Of a stretch of DNA of 64,000 bases, positions 17,336-31,437 are shown piece by piece. The notes below the pieces were generated by a model. It was not told the DNA's origin and did not search any database. It was given only the letters and a program-made list of their open reading frames with translations. The DNA is taken from positions 13,702,001 to 13,766,000 of the forward strand of contig OZ024751.1 in the NCBI GenBank assembly GCA_964016885.1. The letters are read 5' to 3'. This stretch comes from Eledone cirrhosa. Lineage: Eukaryota. The translations under genes were made by a program, and so were the position numbers. Position 1 is the first letter of the stretch. Each line of letters starts with the position of its first letter.

Positions 17336-17414
17336 GAGATAATGAATGAAAAGGGGAAGCAAGGAGGAATAAAATGTAATTTATGAAAATATGATCAATA
17401 TTGATTTGCTCGGA

Positions 17415-17860
17415 AGATGGTGGATTGGCAGAATTGGTAGAGCAACAGATAAAATGTCAGTGCAGTCTTTGTTCTGACTCTTTCCATTCTAAGTTCAATT
17501 CTACTGAGGTTAACTTAGTCTTTCATCTTTCCAGAGTCAATAAAATAAAGTACCAGTAATGTACTGGGGCTGATTTAATCAACTTTCCCCCTTTCCACCC
17601 AAAGTATTAAATTTGAGCCTAAATCAGAAGCCATTTATTATAGTTCTTATAAGGATGGTGGATTGCCAGAATTGGTAGAGCATCGGGTAAAATGTCAGTG
17701 CAGTCTTTACATTCTGAGTTCTGGCTCTTTACATTCTGAGTTCAAATCCCAATGATGACAGCTTTGTCTTTCATCTTTCTGGAATTGATAAAATATAGTA
17801 CCAGTCATTTACTGGGGTTGGTTTAATCAACTTTCCCTTAAATTTGGGGCTTAAATTAAA
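17415..17860 (+). mobile_element. Two tandem diverged SINE A copies
   Basis: Each has ggtggattggcagaattggtagagc...gttcaa...taaaataaagtaccag. Confidence 0.8.
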
Positions 17861-18055
17861 AATCATCACTTCCAACCTTATTACTCCTACTACTACTGTT
17901 GCTACTACTACTACTACTACTACTACTACAACTACTACTACTACTACTACTACTAATGATGATGCTTCTACTACTACTACTACTTATGATGATGATGCTA
18001 CTACTACTACTGTTGCAGATGCTGATGCTGTTGCTACCACTACAACTACTATTAC

Positions 18056-18093
<38 letters not shown>

Positions 18094-18162
18094 CTACTAC
18101 TACTACTGCTGATGACGATGATGATGATTATAATGTTACTGCTATTGCTGCTGCTGCTACAG

Positions 18163-18282
18163 ACAATGTCTTGTGTCATTCAGCAAAAACAAAAGGGCAC
18201 ATAACTCTACTTGCCCCAGTTTACCTGAAGGACAAACACAAAAACATATGCCCTTCCCTCGCCACAATTTCACAGTTCACTG
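18163..18282 (+). CDS. Putative exon (phase 1 to 1), NVLCHSAKTKGHITLLAPVYLKDKHKNICPSLATISQFT
   Basis: cag|...|gtttgt, open frame, joins the next exon in frame across a 52-nt intron. Confidence 0.3.
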
Positions 18283-18334
18283 GTTTGTAGAAGGACAGGA
18301 CATCATTAAAGTGTTTAAATATTTTGTATTTTAG

Positions 18335-18404
18335 TTGATATTGAAGCAAAATATTGTAAATGGATGGAATTTTCTTTGGAAAGTGTGAATATAATCTTGC
18401 ACTG
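18335..18404 (+). CDS. Putative exon (phase 1 to 2), DIEAKYCKWMEFSLESVNIILH(W)
   Basis: ttttgtattttag acceptor, CTG|gtaaga donor, open frame. Confidence 0.5.
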
Positions 18405-18595
18405 GTAAGAAACAACATAGGTGTAACTGTCTTTAAGTCTATTAATACGGGTAAAGGGTCAATCAACCTCAGGGTCCCATTGGACAGAATGGAGAAGATA
18501 TTGCCCCAGAGAATGAAGAGGGAGATAAATAACAGTTCCCTGTCCAACTCCATTTCATTACGTTTAAATTATTCCCCCTTTTCTACAATTTGAGG

Positions 18596-18643
<48 letters not shown>

Positions 18644-18784
18644 TCATTCATCATCATTTCATTTTACGTCCGCTTTTTCCCTGCTTGCAAGGGTGGGACG
18701 GGAACTGATTCTGGGTTGATTTCTACAGCTGGATGCCCTTCCTAACACCAACCTCATTTACAGTGAGTGCATATATATATATAA

Positions 18785-18990
18785 CGGAGGAAATGTGGTA
18801 AGGAACCAGGTGGACCATAACGCACCAAAGTACTCAATACTTAGGGTAGTAGAGTGGGTAATAGGAACGAGTAGGACCCCGACGGCTGAGCTCAAGCCGT
18901 TTCGACGGCTAATTCTGGACATCACCCTAAGTATTGAGTACTTTGGTGCGTTATGGTCGATCTGGTTCCTTACCACATTTCCTTCTTTAT
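18785..18990. mobile_element. (TA)n-flanked family C cassette with a terminal inversion
   Basis: 18785-18848 is the reverse complement of 18923-18990; same family at about 1200, 28220, 33835, 49105 and 54950. Confidence 0.75.
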
Positions 18991-19255
18991 ATATATATGG
19001 AGAGAGATAAATATATATATATATATATATATAGATAAATATATATATATATATATAGATAAATATATATATATATATATAGATAAATATATATATATAT
19101 ATATAGATAAATATATATATATATATATAGATAAATATATATATATATCGTTTCTGAATTTGTTTAGCAAGATTCTTTATCTGAAATCGTGTGTTGAAAC
19201 CGATATTGTTATACTTTGGGAGGGTCATGTTGGCAACATGACCCTCCCAAAGTAT

Positions 19256-19364
<109 letters not shown>

Positions 19365-19444
19365 GAGAGAGAGAAATATATATATATATATATATATGAG
19401 AGAGATTTAGATAAATGTATATATATATATTGTTGCAGATAAAT

Positions 19445-19515
<71 letters not shown>

Positions 19516-19570
19516 TTATGCATGTGTATATATGTATGTACATATACATATGTGTATGTATGTATATCAG

Positions 19571-19629
19571 GCTAAGTGCCAGCTCAGTTTTCAAGAGAGT
19601 GAGAAGATCTATCAATTGCAGAGATACAG
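19571..19629 (+). CDS. Putative exon (phase 2 to 1), [19 protein letters not shown]
   Basis: atcag| and CAG|gtgaac; in frame with the previous exon; contains a furin-like RVRR. Confidence 0.45.
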
Positions 19630-19801
19630 GTGAACTAAAAGCAGGTGGGAAGGTGACGAGGTGAAGAGGTCAAGCCATGGCTATAACTAACTATAAGTGA
19701 TGGCTTCACTGGTGTTGGTCAGTAATAATTTAACAACTGACCATCACAACTGGAATTGGACATGTAACTATATATTATAAACACAACATAGCTTACTCTA
19801 C

Positions 19802-20530
19802 GTGGTAGTGGTGGAGGGGGGGGGGTAGTGGTGGAGGTGGTGGTGGTGGTGGTAGTGGTGGAGGTGGTGGTGGTGGTGGTGGTAGTGGTGGTGGTAGTGG
19901 TAGTGGAGGTGGTGGTGGCGGTGGTGGTAGTGGTAGTAATGGAGATGGTGGTGGTGGTAGTGGTAGTGGTGGAGGTGGTGGTGGTGGTGGTAGAGGAGGT
20001 GGAGGTATTGGTGGAGGTGGTGGGGGTGGGGGTGGTAGTGGTGGTAGTAGTGGAGGTGGTGGTGGTGGTAGTGGTGGAGGTGGTGGTGGTGGTGGTGGTG
20101 GTGGTGGTAGTGGTGGAGGTGGTAGTGATGGTGGAGGAGGTGGCGGTAGTGGTGGAGGTGTTGGTGGTGGTGGTAGTGGTGGTGGTGGTGGTAGAGGTAG
20201 TGGAAGGTGGTGGAAGTAGTGGAGGTGGTGGTAGTGGTAGTAGTGGAGGTGGTCGTGGTGGTGGTGGTGGTACTGGTGGTAGTGGTGATGGTGGTAGTAG
20301 TGGAGGTGCTAGTGGTTGTGGTGGTTGTGGTGGGACTGGCGGTGGTGGTGGTACTGTTAGTAGTGGTGGTGGTGGTAGTGGTGATGATGATGGTGGTGGT
20401 GGTGGTGGTGGTACTGGTGGTGGTGATACTGGTGGTGGTGTGATGGTGGTGGTGGTAGTACTGGTGGTAGTGGTGGTGTGGTGGTGGTGGTCATCGTAGT
20501 AGTCTAGTACTGGTGGTGCTGAAGGTGGTG
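19802..20530. repeat. (GGT/AGT)n trinucleotide tract
   Basis: Seen directly. Confidence 0.95.
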
Positions 20531-20886
20531 ATGATAACTACAGTTAAGTGAAGGCTAAAGTAAACTAAATAATGCAAGGGAAGGTGGTGGATGTGTGTGT
20601 ATGAGTGTGTGTGCATGTGTGTGTGCATGTGTGTGTGTCCATGTGTGTGTGTGCATGTGTGTGTGTCCATGTGTGTGTGTGCATGTGTGTGTGCACATGT
20701 GACTGTTCAGCCCATGCTCATATGGACAACAAGCTCTGTTAAATGGTGATGATATATATGAGAGAGAAAGAAAGAGACAGACATATGTGTACACACATGT
20801 GTGTATATATATATATATATATATGCACAAACACATACACACGCACACACACATATATATACACACACATATAGGTGGTGGTGTAG

Positions 20887-20921
20887 GTGGTGGTGGAAGC
20901 CATGAAATATCATCACTGAAT
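20887..20921 (+). CDS. Putative microexon (phase 1 to 0), GGGSHEISSLN
   Basis: gtaagt donor at 20922; in-frame AG acceptors end at 20874 and 20886; weak pyrimidine tract. Confidence 0.35.
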
Positions 20922-20991
20922 GTAAGTAAATAATTTGTCATACCTGAGTTGTTTGAAAGATGAAGATGCAACAATGGGAGTTGATGTCAGG

Positions 20992-23900
20992 AACTGCAAC
21001 ACCGACAACACTGACACACCTGCATATAGTGTGACCTGCAACACCAACAATACTGACACACCTGCATATAGTGTGACCTGCAACACCAACAACACTGACA
21101 CACCTGCATATAGTGTGACCTGCAACACCAACAATACTGACACACCTGCATATAGTGTGAACTGCAACACCGACAACACTGACACACCTGCATATAGTGT
21201 GAGCTGCAACACCGACAACACTGACACACCTGCATATAGTGTGACCTGCAACACCAACAACACCGACACACCTGCATATAGTGTGACCTGCAACACCAAC
21301 AACACCGACACAAGTGCATATAGTGTGACCTGCAACACCAACAATACTGACACACCTGCATATAGTGTGACCTGCAACACCGACAACACCGACACACCTG
21401 CATATAGTGTGACCTGCAACACCAACAACACTGACACACCTGCATATAGTGTGACCTGCAACACCAACAATACCGACACACCTGCATATAGTGTGACCTG
21501 CAACACCAACAACACTGACATACCTGCATATAGTGTGACCTGCAACACCAACAACACTGACACACCTGCATATAGTGTGACCTGCAACACCAACAACACT
21601 GACACACCTGCATATAGTGTGACCTGCAACACCAACAATACCGACACACCTGCATATAGTGTGACCTGCAACACCAACAACACTGACATACCTGCATATA
21701 GTGTGACCTGCAACACCAACAACACTGACACACCTGCATATAGTGTGACCTGCAGCACCAACAACACCGACACACCTGCATATAGTGTGACCTGCAACAC
21801 CAACGACACTGACATACCTGCATATAGTGTGACCTGCAACACCAACAACACTGACACACCTGCATATAGTGTGACCTGCAACACCGACAACACTGACACA
21901 CATGCATATAGTGTGACCTGCAACACCAACAACACCGACACACCTGCATATAGTGTGACCTGCAACACCAACAACACTGACACACCTGCATATAGTGTGA
22001 CCTGCAACACCGACAACACTGACACACATGCATATAGTGTGACCTGCAACACCAACAACACTGACACACCTGCATATAGTGTGACCTGCAACACCAACAA
22101 CACTGACACACCTGCATATAGTGTGACCTGCAACACCGACAACACTGACACACCTGCATATAGTGTGACCTGCAACACCGACAACACCGACACACATGCA
22201 TATAGTGTGACCTGCAACACCAACAACACCGACACACCTGCATATAGTGTGACCTGCAAAACCAACAACACTGACACACCTGCATATAGTGTGACCTGCA
22301 ACACCGACAACACTGACATACCTGCATATAGTGTGACCTGCAACACCAACAACACTGACACACCTGCATATAGTGTGACCTGCAACACCAACAACACTGA
22401 CACACCTGCATATAGTGTGACCTGCAACACCAACAAGACTGACACACCTGCATATAGTGTGACCTGCAACACCGACAACACCGACACACATGCATATAGT
22501 GTGACCTGCAACACCAACAACACCGACACACCTGCATATAGTGTGACCTGCAACACCAACAACACTGACACACCTGCATATAGTGTGACCTGCAACACCG
22601 ACAACACTGACACACATGCATATAGTGTGACCTGCAACACCAACAACACCGACACACCTGCATATAGTGTGACCTGCAACACCAACAACACCGACACACC
22701 TGCATATAGTGTGACCTGCAAAACCAACAACACTGACACACCTGCATATAGTGTGACCTGCAACACCGACAACACTGACATACCTGCATATAGTGTGACC
22801 TGCAACACCAACAACACTGACACACCTGCATATAGTGTGACCTGCAACACCAACAACACTGACACACCTGCATATAGTGTGACCTGCAACACCAACAACA
22901 CTGACACACCTGCATATAGTGTGACCTGCAACACCAACAACACCGACACACCTGCATATAGTGTGACCTGCAACACCGACAACACTGACACACCTGCATA
23001 TAGTGTGACCTGCAACACCAACAACACTGACACACCTGCATATAGTGTGACCTGCAACACCAACAACACCGACACACCTGCATATAGTGTGACCTGCAAC
23101 ACCGACAACACCGACACACATGCATATAGTGTGACCTGCAACACCAACAACACCGACACACCTGCATATAGTGTGACCTGCAAAACCAACAACACTGACA
23201 CACCTGCATATAGTGTGACCTGCAACACCGACAACACTGACATACCTGCATATAGTGTGACCTGCAACACCAACAACACTGACACACCTGCATATAGTGT
23301 GACCTGCAACACCAACAACACTGACACACCTGCATATAGTGTGACCTGCAACACCAACAACACTGACACACCTGCATATAGTGTGGCCTGCAACACCGAC
23401 AACACCGACACACATGCATATAGTGTGACCTGCAACACCAACAACACCGACACACCTGCATATAGTGTGACCTGCAACACCAACAACACTGACACACCTG
23501 CATATAGTGTGACCTGCAACACCGACAACACTGACACACATGCATATAGTGTGACCTGCAACACCAACAACACCGACACACCTGCATATAGTGTGACCTG
23601 CAACACCAACAACACCGACACACCTGCATATAGTGTGACCTGCAACACCAACAACACTGACACAAGTGCATATAGTGTGACCTGCAACACCAACAATACT
23701 GACACACCTGCATATAGTGTGACCTGCAACACCAACAACACCGACACACCTGCATATAGTGTGAGCTGCAACACCAACAACACCGACACACCTGCATATA
23801 GTTTGACCTGCAACACCAACAATACTGACACACCTGCATATAGTGTGACCTGCAACACCGACAACACTGACACACATGCATATAGTGTGACCTGCAACAC

Positions 23901-26446
23901 CAACAACACCGACACACATGCATATAGTGTGACCTGCAACACCGACAATACTGACACACCTGCATATAGTGTGACCTGCAACACCAACAACACTGACACA
24001 CCTGCATATAGTGTGACCTGCAACACCAACAACACCGACACACCTGCATATAGTGTGACCTGCAACACCAACAACACTGACACAAGTGCATATAGTGTGA
24101 CCTGCAACACCAACAACACTGACACACCTGCATATAGTGTGACCTGCAACACCAACAATACCGACACACATGCATATAGTGTGACCTGCAACACCAACAA
24201 CACCGACACACCTGCATATAGTGTGACCTGCAACACCAACAACACTGACACAAGTGCATATAGTGTGACCTGCAACACCAACAATACTGACACACCTGCA
24301 TATAGTGTGACCTGCAACACCAACAACACTGACACACCTGCATATAGTGTGACCTGCAACACCAACAATACTGACACACATGCATATAGTGTGACCTGCA
24401 ACACCAACAATACCGACACACCTGCATATAGTGTGACCTGCAACACCAACAATACCGACACACCTGCATATAGTGTGACCTGCAACACCAACAATACCGA
24501 CACACCTGCATATAGTGTGACCTGCAACACCGACAACACTGACACACCTGCATATAGTGTGACCTGCAACACCAACAACACTGACACAAGTGCATATAGT
24601 GTGACCTGCAACACCAACAACACCGACACAAGTGCATATAGTGTGACCTGCAACACCAACAATACCGACACACCTGCATATAGTGTGACCTGCAACACCA
24701 ACAACACCGACACAAGTGCATATAGTGTGACCTGCAACACCAACAACACCGACACAAGTGCATATAGTGTGACCTGCAACACCAACAACACCGACACAAG
24801 TGCATATAGTGTGACCTGCAACACCGACAATACTGACACATGCATATAGTGTGACCTGCAACACCGACAATACTGACACACCTGCATATAGTGTGACCTG
24901 CAACACCAACAACACTGACACACATGCATATAGTGTGACCTGCAACACCAACAACACAAGTGCATATAGTGTGACCTGCAACACCAACAACACCGACACA
25001 AGTGCATATAGTGTGACCTGCAACACCAACAACACCGACACACCTGCATATAGTGTGACCTGCAACACCAACAACACCGACACACATGCATATAGTGTGA
25101 CCTGCAACACCAACAACACCGACAAGTGCATATAGTGTGACCTGCCACACCAACAACACCGACACAAGTGCATATAGTGTGACCTGCAACACCAACAACA
25201 CCGACACAAGTGCATATAGTGTGACCTGCAACACCAACAACACTGACACACCTGCATATAGTGTGACCTGCAACACCAACAATACCGACACACCTGCATA
25301 TAGTGTGACCTGCAACACCAACAACACCGACACAAGTGCATATAGTGTGACCTGCAACACCAACAACACCGACACAAGTGCATATAGTGTGACCTGCAAC
25401 ACCAACAACACCGACACAAGTGCATATAGTGTGACCTGCAACACCAACAACACAAGTGCATATAGTGTGACCTGCAACACCAACAACACCGACACAAGTG
25501 CTTATAGTGTGACCTGCAACACCAACAACACCAACACACATGCATATAGTGTGACCTGCAACACCAACAACACCGACACACCTGCATATAGTGTGACCTG
25601 CAACACCAACAACACTGACACACCTGCATATAGTGTGACCGACAATACTGACAAGTGCATATAGTGTGACCTGCAACACCGACAATACTGACACACATGC
25701 ATATAGTGTGACCTGCAACACCAACAACACCGACACACCTGCATATAGTGTGACCTGCAACACCGACAACACTGACACACATGCATATAGTGTGACCTGC
25801 AACACCAACAATACTGACACACCTGCATATAGTGTGACCTGCAACACCAACAACACCGACACACCTGCATATAGTGTGACCTGCAACACCAACAACACCG
25901 ACACAAGTGCTTATAGTGTGACCTGCAACACCAACAACACTGACACACCTGCATATAGTGTGACCTGCAACACCAACAACACTGACACACCTGCATATAG
26001 TGTGACCTGCAACACCAACAACACCGACACACATGCATATAGTGTGACCTGCAACACCAACAATACTGACATACCTGCATATAGTGTGACCTGCAACACC
26101 AACAACACCGACACAGCTGCATATAGTGTGACCTGCAACACCAACAACACCGACACACCTGCATATAGTGTGACCTGCAACACCAACAACACCGACACAC
26201 CTGCATATAGTGTGACCTGCAACACCGACAATACTGACAAGTGCATATAGTGTGACCTGCAACACCAACAACACCGACACACCTGCATATAGTGTGACCT
26301 GCAACACCAACAACACTGACAAGTGCATATAGTGTGACCTGCAACACCAACAACACCGACACACCTGCATATAGTGTGACCTGCAACACCGACAATACTG
26401 ACAAGTGCATATAGTGTGACCTGCAACACCAACAATACCGACACAG
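20992..26446. repeat. 42-bp minisatellite, about 130 copies
   Basis: Unit gtgacctgcaacaccaacaacactgacacacctgcatatagt. Confidence 0.98.
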
Positions 26447-26471
26447 CTGCAACAGAAGAGCACCAAGATGA
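26447..26471 (+). CDS. Putative 25-nt microexon (phase 0 to 1), LQQKSTKM
   Basis: Unique island between two arrays; cag| acceptor and |gtgagt donor. Confidence 0.35.
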
Positions 26472-26489
26472 GTGAGTGCAAGCATATTA

Positions 26490-27330
26490 TGACATGCAAC
26501 ATAACAGCACCAATACAGGTGCACCATAGTGTGACCTGCAGTGTAACACCAACACAGGTGCACCTAGTGTGACCTGCAGCATAACACTGGTGCATCTAGT
26601 GTGAACTGCAACATAACACCAACACAGGTGCACAATAGTGCGACCTGCAATGTAACACCAACACAGATGCACCTAGTGTGACCTGCAACATAACACAGGT
26701 GCATCTAGTGTGAACTGCAACATAACACCAACACAGGTGCACAATAGTGCGACCTGCAATGTAACACCAACACAGATGCACCTAGTGTGACCTGCAACAT
26801 AACACAGGTGCATCTAGTGTGAACTGCAACATAACACCAATAGAGGTGCAACATAGTGTGACCTGCAACATAACACCAACACATGTGTACAATAGTGTGA
26901 TCTGCAACATAACACCAATACAGGTGCAACAGTGTGACCAACAACATAACACCAATACAGGTGCACCATAGTGTTACCAGCAACTTAACACCAATACAGG
27001 TGCACCATAGTGTTACCAGCAACATAACACCAATACAGGTGCACCATAGTGTGACCTGCAACATAACACCAACACATGTGTACAATAGTGTGATCTGCAA
27101 CATAACACCAATACAGGTGCAACAGTGTGACCAACAACATAACACCAATACAGGTGCACCATAGTGTTACCAACAACATAACACCAATACAGGTGCACCA
27201 TAGTGTTACCAACAACATAACACCAATGCAGGTGCAACAGTGTGACCAACAACATAACACCAATACAGGTGCACCATAGTGTTACCAGCAACATAACAGC
27301 ACTGACATAAATGCACCATAGTGTGATCTA
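26490..27330. repeat. Diverged array of about 39-bp units related to the 42-bp minisatellite
   Basis: Unit tagtgtgacctgcaacataacaccaatacaggtgcacca. Confidence 0.9.
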
Positions 27331-27513
27331 CATCTTCTCACAGACCACCTTTCACAAGACCCACTGCCACCGTGCCGAGATGACCGCATGACCACATCAC
27401 TGGCTGGGACCATCATATACCCACAGGCACACACACTTATTACATTTTACTAATAATCCCATATGTTATAAAACAAATAGGATGAGTTGGGGTCACATTA
27501 TGTAAACTTAGCG

Positions 27514-27702
27514 ATGGATTGGCAGTATCGGTAGAGGGTCGGACGCCATGCTTTGACGCATAGAGTTACGGCCCTTGCCATTCTGAGTTCAAATCCCGCC
27601 GAGGTTAACTTTGTCTTTCATCCTTAATGGGGGTCGATAAAATAAAGTACCAGTAATACACTGGGGATGTGCTGGCCTTGTGCCTAACGTAGAAACAATT
27701 AT
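27514..27702 (+). mobile_element. SINE A inserted into an older dispersed repeat
   Basis: Flanked by attatgtaaact/attatgtgaact, a probable target-site duplication; an uninterrupted host copy lies at about 6820-6925. Confidence 0.85.
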
Positions 27703-27978
27703 GTGAACTAAACGACTAATTCTGGGTTTTTTTTAAATCAACAGAGACAACCTAGAAAAATTACCAATTTTCCAACACTCCCCACTTATTCCAACCCTCC
27801 ACCCATATTTATACCAACTCCTTCTATTATTCCACCCCCTATTATTTGGGACCCGTGAATACATGTAATGATTAGAGAGTCGGATTCACAATCGTGAGGT
27901 CGTGAGTTCGATTCCTGGGCCGGGCAATGTGTTATGTCTTTGGGAAAAAATTTTATTTCACGTTGCTCCTTCTGCCAG

Positions 27979-28060
27979 GAGTTTCAACCAGTATCAGCAA
28001 TGGAAACACCAAAGGGAACACTGTTTCCTTGGTCCGATCTGATGAATTCCACCTGACTCA
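27979..28060 (+). CDS. Putative exon (phase 1 to 2), VSTSISNGNTKGNTVSLVRSDEFHLT
   Basis: ctccttctgccag acceptor and CA|gtaagt donor; only this frame is open throughout. Confidence 0.45.
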
Positions 28061-28355
28061 GTAAGTGAATGAGGTCTGGGATCTTGTTTAGATTTATATA
28101 TATATGTGTATATATATATGTAATATATATATATACATATATATATGTATGTATGTATGTTATATATATATATATATAACATACATACATATATATGTAT
28201 GATGTTATATATATATATTAGTCCAGAAATGCCGTCGAAACGACTTGAGCTCTGCCGTCGGGGTCATACATTTCCCTATTACCCTCTCTACTACCCTAAG
28301 TATTGAGTACTCTGGTGCGTTATGATCCATCTGGTTCCTTAACACAACTCCTTAG

Positions 28356-28442
<87 letters not shown>

Positions 28443-28962
28443 TACTGATATTTACATTATAATGCCTGTTTTATATTTCTACATGATGATACATAGCGTT
28501 TTTTAAATTCTGCCTCGTTTATGTCTGGTTATTTTTCATTTTCTCTTTTTCTCTTTTTTCTCTCTATATAACGTCTATTTTCTCTCTTAACTACATACAT
28601 CTCTCTTTACATTAATACTAGAGCTAAATAAATAAATAAATAAATAAATAAATGTATCAATTGATACTCAACTATCTAGTTTCTCTATCTATCTCTATCT
28701 ATATCTCTTTCTTTTTTCCTCTCTCTATATATCCCTCTCTGTTTCTTTACATGAAGTTCTTCTCTTTATCTATCTTTCTATATCTCTCTATTTAGTCACA
28801 TGCATTTCTTCTTTTTCTTTTTCTTCGTTTTTCTTCCTTTCTTTCTTTCTCTCTTTCTTTTTACAACTGTCCACAATATTTTTTACTGCCAAATCAACCT
28901 CCCAAATGCAAGTCGATTGAAAGGTATGTCGTATCTATTTATTTATAAGACTGTTTATATTG

Positions 28963-29028
28963 TATTTTGTCTGAAGAAGGCATAACATATTGTTAATATG
29001 ATATCCCTGAAATATATATAATGAAATA
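28963..29028 (+). ncRNA. Minimal type I hammerhead ribozyme (family H1)
   Basis: tattttgt-CTGAAGA-agg...cct-GAAA-tatata-TA-atgaaata. Confidence 0.75.
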
Positions 29029-29241
29029 AATATGGTTTTATAAATATAGTTTCCATTTATTTAATATCATAAATATACTCCAAATACTTGTTGAGTGCTT
29101 TTATATCAGTTATAAATATTTACTCGTTGTTAACCCAACAATTTAAATATAACCTTCCATGTATATATATATATATATATATATATATTGAAAGAGTGAA
29201 GAATAACATGGTCAACGGTACAAAAAAGAGTTTTATTTACA

Positions 29242-29350
29242 GTCTTAACAATTGTTTCACTGATTAAGTTGTCTAAAAATTGCTGAACACTTGCAGCTGT
29301 GCCACTCAATTTTAAATACGTTGTTAGCTTAACCAGATCATCAGAAAAAC
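29242..29350 (-). ncRNA. Hammerhead ribozyme with an extended stem II
   Basis: Minus strand: gttttt-CTGATGA-tctggttaag...(about 60 nt)...cttaatcagt-GAAAC-AATT-GTT-aagac. Confidence 0.6.
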
Positions 29351-29595
29351 TTAATCAGTGAAACAATTGTTAAGACTGTAAATAAGACCCTTTTTTGTTC
29401 TGTTGACCATGTTATTCTTCACTCTTTCACTATTATTACTCCAAGATAAACTTACATAGGAATGCAAGAGAACTCATAAACTCGCCATCTACGGAAACCT
29501 CTTGTTGAGTCAAACAACGCCGTACGCTAAAACTATCCACAATACGAAGTATTCACAACCTCTAACTGGATTACCTCTAACGATATTTTGTTATC

Positions 29596-29635
<40 letters not shown>

Positions 29636-29637
<2 letters not shown>

Positions 29638-30215
29638 CTTTTCAGTTTGGCTGGCAGGTTTGATTTCCATATTTTTCCTATTGCATTCAATGCTCCCCAG
29701 GCTTTTCCCAGTCTGATGTTAACATCATGTTCTGTGGAGGCGATATAGCTACCCAGGTATTTGAAGTCGTCAACTTGCTTGATTATATCGCCGTTTAGAC
29801 TTCGCATACCAATTTCTTCAGTGCTGCTGTGGAATCTGTGCTTGTTTATGGCTCTATTACTTGGACGCTAACGTCGAAACTGGAGAAAAAGCTAGACGGG
29901 GCATAGACACGTATGCTCCGTGCTGCATTAAACGTGTCTTGGAGGGAACACCCAACAAATAAGGATCTCTATACGTGGACAGAGACTCAGATTTGCTGGC
30001 CACTGTTGGCGCAGCAAGGAAGAAATAGCAGGCGATGTGTTGTTATGGAGTCCATCTCAGGGAGCAAGAAACGCTGGTCGTCCCAAGAAGACATACGTCA
30101 AGCAACTCGAGGACGATACTGGATGCACTGCGGAAGAACTGGCAAATGCTATGAGAGACAGAGATGGATGGAGGAAGCGTGTCGTATAAGTCCGAGCAAG
30201 CTCGACCTAATGATG
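29636..30215. mobile_element. 5'-truncated RTE-type LINE with a 5' inversion
   Basis: Minus 29636-29810 encodes QVDDFKYLGS...KIWKSNLPAKLKRN; plus 29811-30215 continues NFFSAAVESVLVYGSITWTL...RFAGHCWR...GRP. Confidence 0.9.
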
Positions 30216-30289
30216 GTGATATATATATATATTCGTATAAGCACTTGAAGATTAGGTCACAATTTTGATCCCTCTTCCATTCTGGAGAT

Positions 30290-31065
30290 ATGGTGTTGTT
30301 GTTGGTGCTGCTGTTGTTATTATTGTTGCTGTTACTATTGTGCTGGCTATTACTGTTGCTATTGTGCTGGCTATTACTGCTGGCTATTGCTATTGTGCTG
30401 GCTATTACTGTTGTTGTTGTTGCTATTGCTATTGTGCTGGCTATTACCGTTGTTGCTGTTACCATTGTTGCTGTTGCTGTTGCTATTGTGCTGGCTATTA
30501 CTGTTGTTGCTGTTACCATTGTTGTTGTTGCTATTGCTATTGTGCTGGCTATTACCGTTGTTGCTGTTACCATTGTTGCTGTTGCTGTTGCTATTGTGCT
30601 GGCTATTACTGTTGTTGCTGTTACCATTGTTGTTGTTGCTATTGCTATTGTGCTGGCTATTTCTGTTGTTGCTGTTACTATTGTTGCTATTGTGCTGGCT
30701 ATTACTGTTGTTGCTGTTACTATTGTTGCTATTGTGCTGGCTATTACTGTTGTTTCTGTTACTATTGTTGCTGTTGCTATTGCTATTGTGCTGGCTATTA
30801 CTGTTGTTGCTGCTGCTTCTTATTGTTATTAGTGTTGTTGTTATTGCTGTTGTTACTGTTGGCATTGTTGCTGTTGATGCTGTTGTCGATATTGCTGTTG
30901 TTATTGCTGTGGTTGCTGATGCTGTTATTGTTGTTGCTTCTATTGATGCTATTGTTGTTGCCGTTGTTACTGTTGTTGTTGCCATTTTTTGTTAATGTTG
31001 ATGTTATTGCTGTTGTCGGCATTGTTGCTGTTGATGACGATACAAATGTTGTTACTGTTGTTGCT
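30290..31065. repeat. (TGT/TGC/TAT) trinucleotide-based tandem array
   Basis: Seen directly. Confidence 0.9.
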
Positions 31066-31088
31066 CAACAAATCTTTAATTCAGTCAG

Positions 31089-31136
31089 TTCTAACATTAT
31101 AACATCCTGCAGTGTGTTCACATCACTTAGAGTGTC
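31089..31136 (+). CDS. Putative 48-nt symmetric phase-2 exon, SNIITSCSVFTSLRV
   Basis: cag|...|gtaaat, in frame with its neighbours. Confidence 0.3.
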
Positions 31137-31437
31137 GTAAATATATATTGCTCCTCTCTGCACCTCATATCTACCACCACCACCACCAGCCCCACCCCAC
31201 TAACCCTACCCTAGATTATCAACCACCCCCACCAACACCACCCGACTAACACTACTCTACATTATCAACCACCACTATCCCCCTCACCACTACCACCCCA
31301 CCAACACTACCCTAAATTATTCACTACTATCACCCCCACCACTAACGCAATCCTAGATTATCAACTACTATCACCACCCTCACCACCCCCCAATCAACCT
31401 TCACCACCCTGGGGAATAAATATGGCATCCACCACAG

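Noticed and set aside
18221-18553. Minus ORF MELDRELLFISLFILWG... with a signal-peptide-like start
   Set aside because: No homology recognised and it overlaps better-supported + strand splice signals; not formally excluded.
20913-26595. 1500-1900 aa minus-strand ORFs
   Set aside because: The unit has no stop in any minus frame and the ORFs switch register through frameshifts.
27344-27426. Candidate exon HLSQDPLPPCRDDRMTTSLAGTIIYPQ
   Set aside because: Good acceptor but only a poor GC donor, and inclusion shifts the next exon into a stop.
28039-28060. CTGATGA motifs at 28039 and about 34462
   Set aside because: No stem II followed by GAAA, so not hammerheads.
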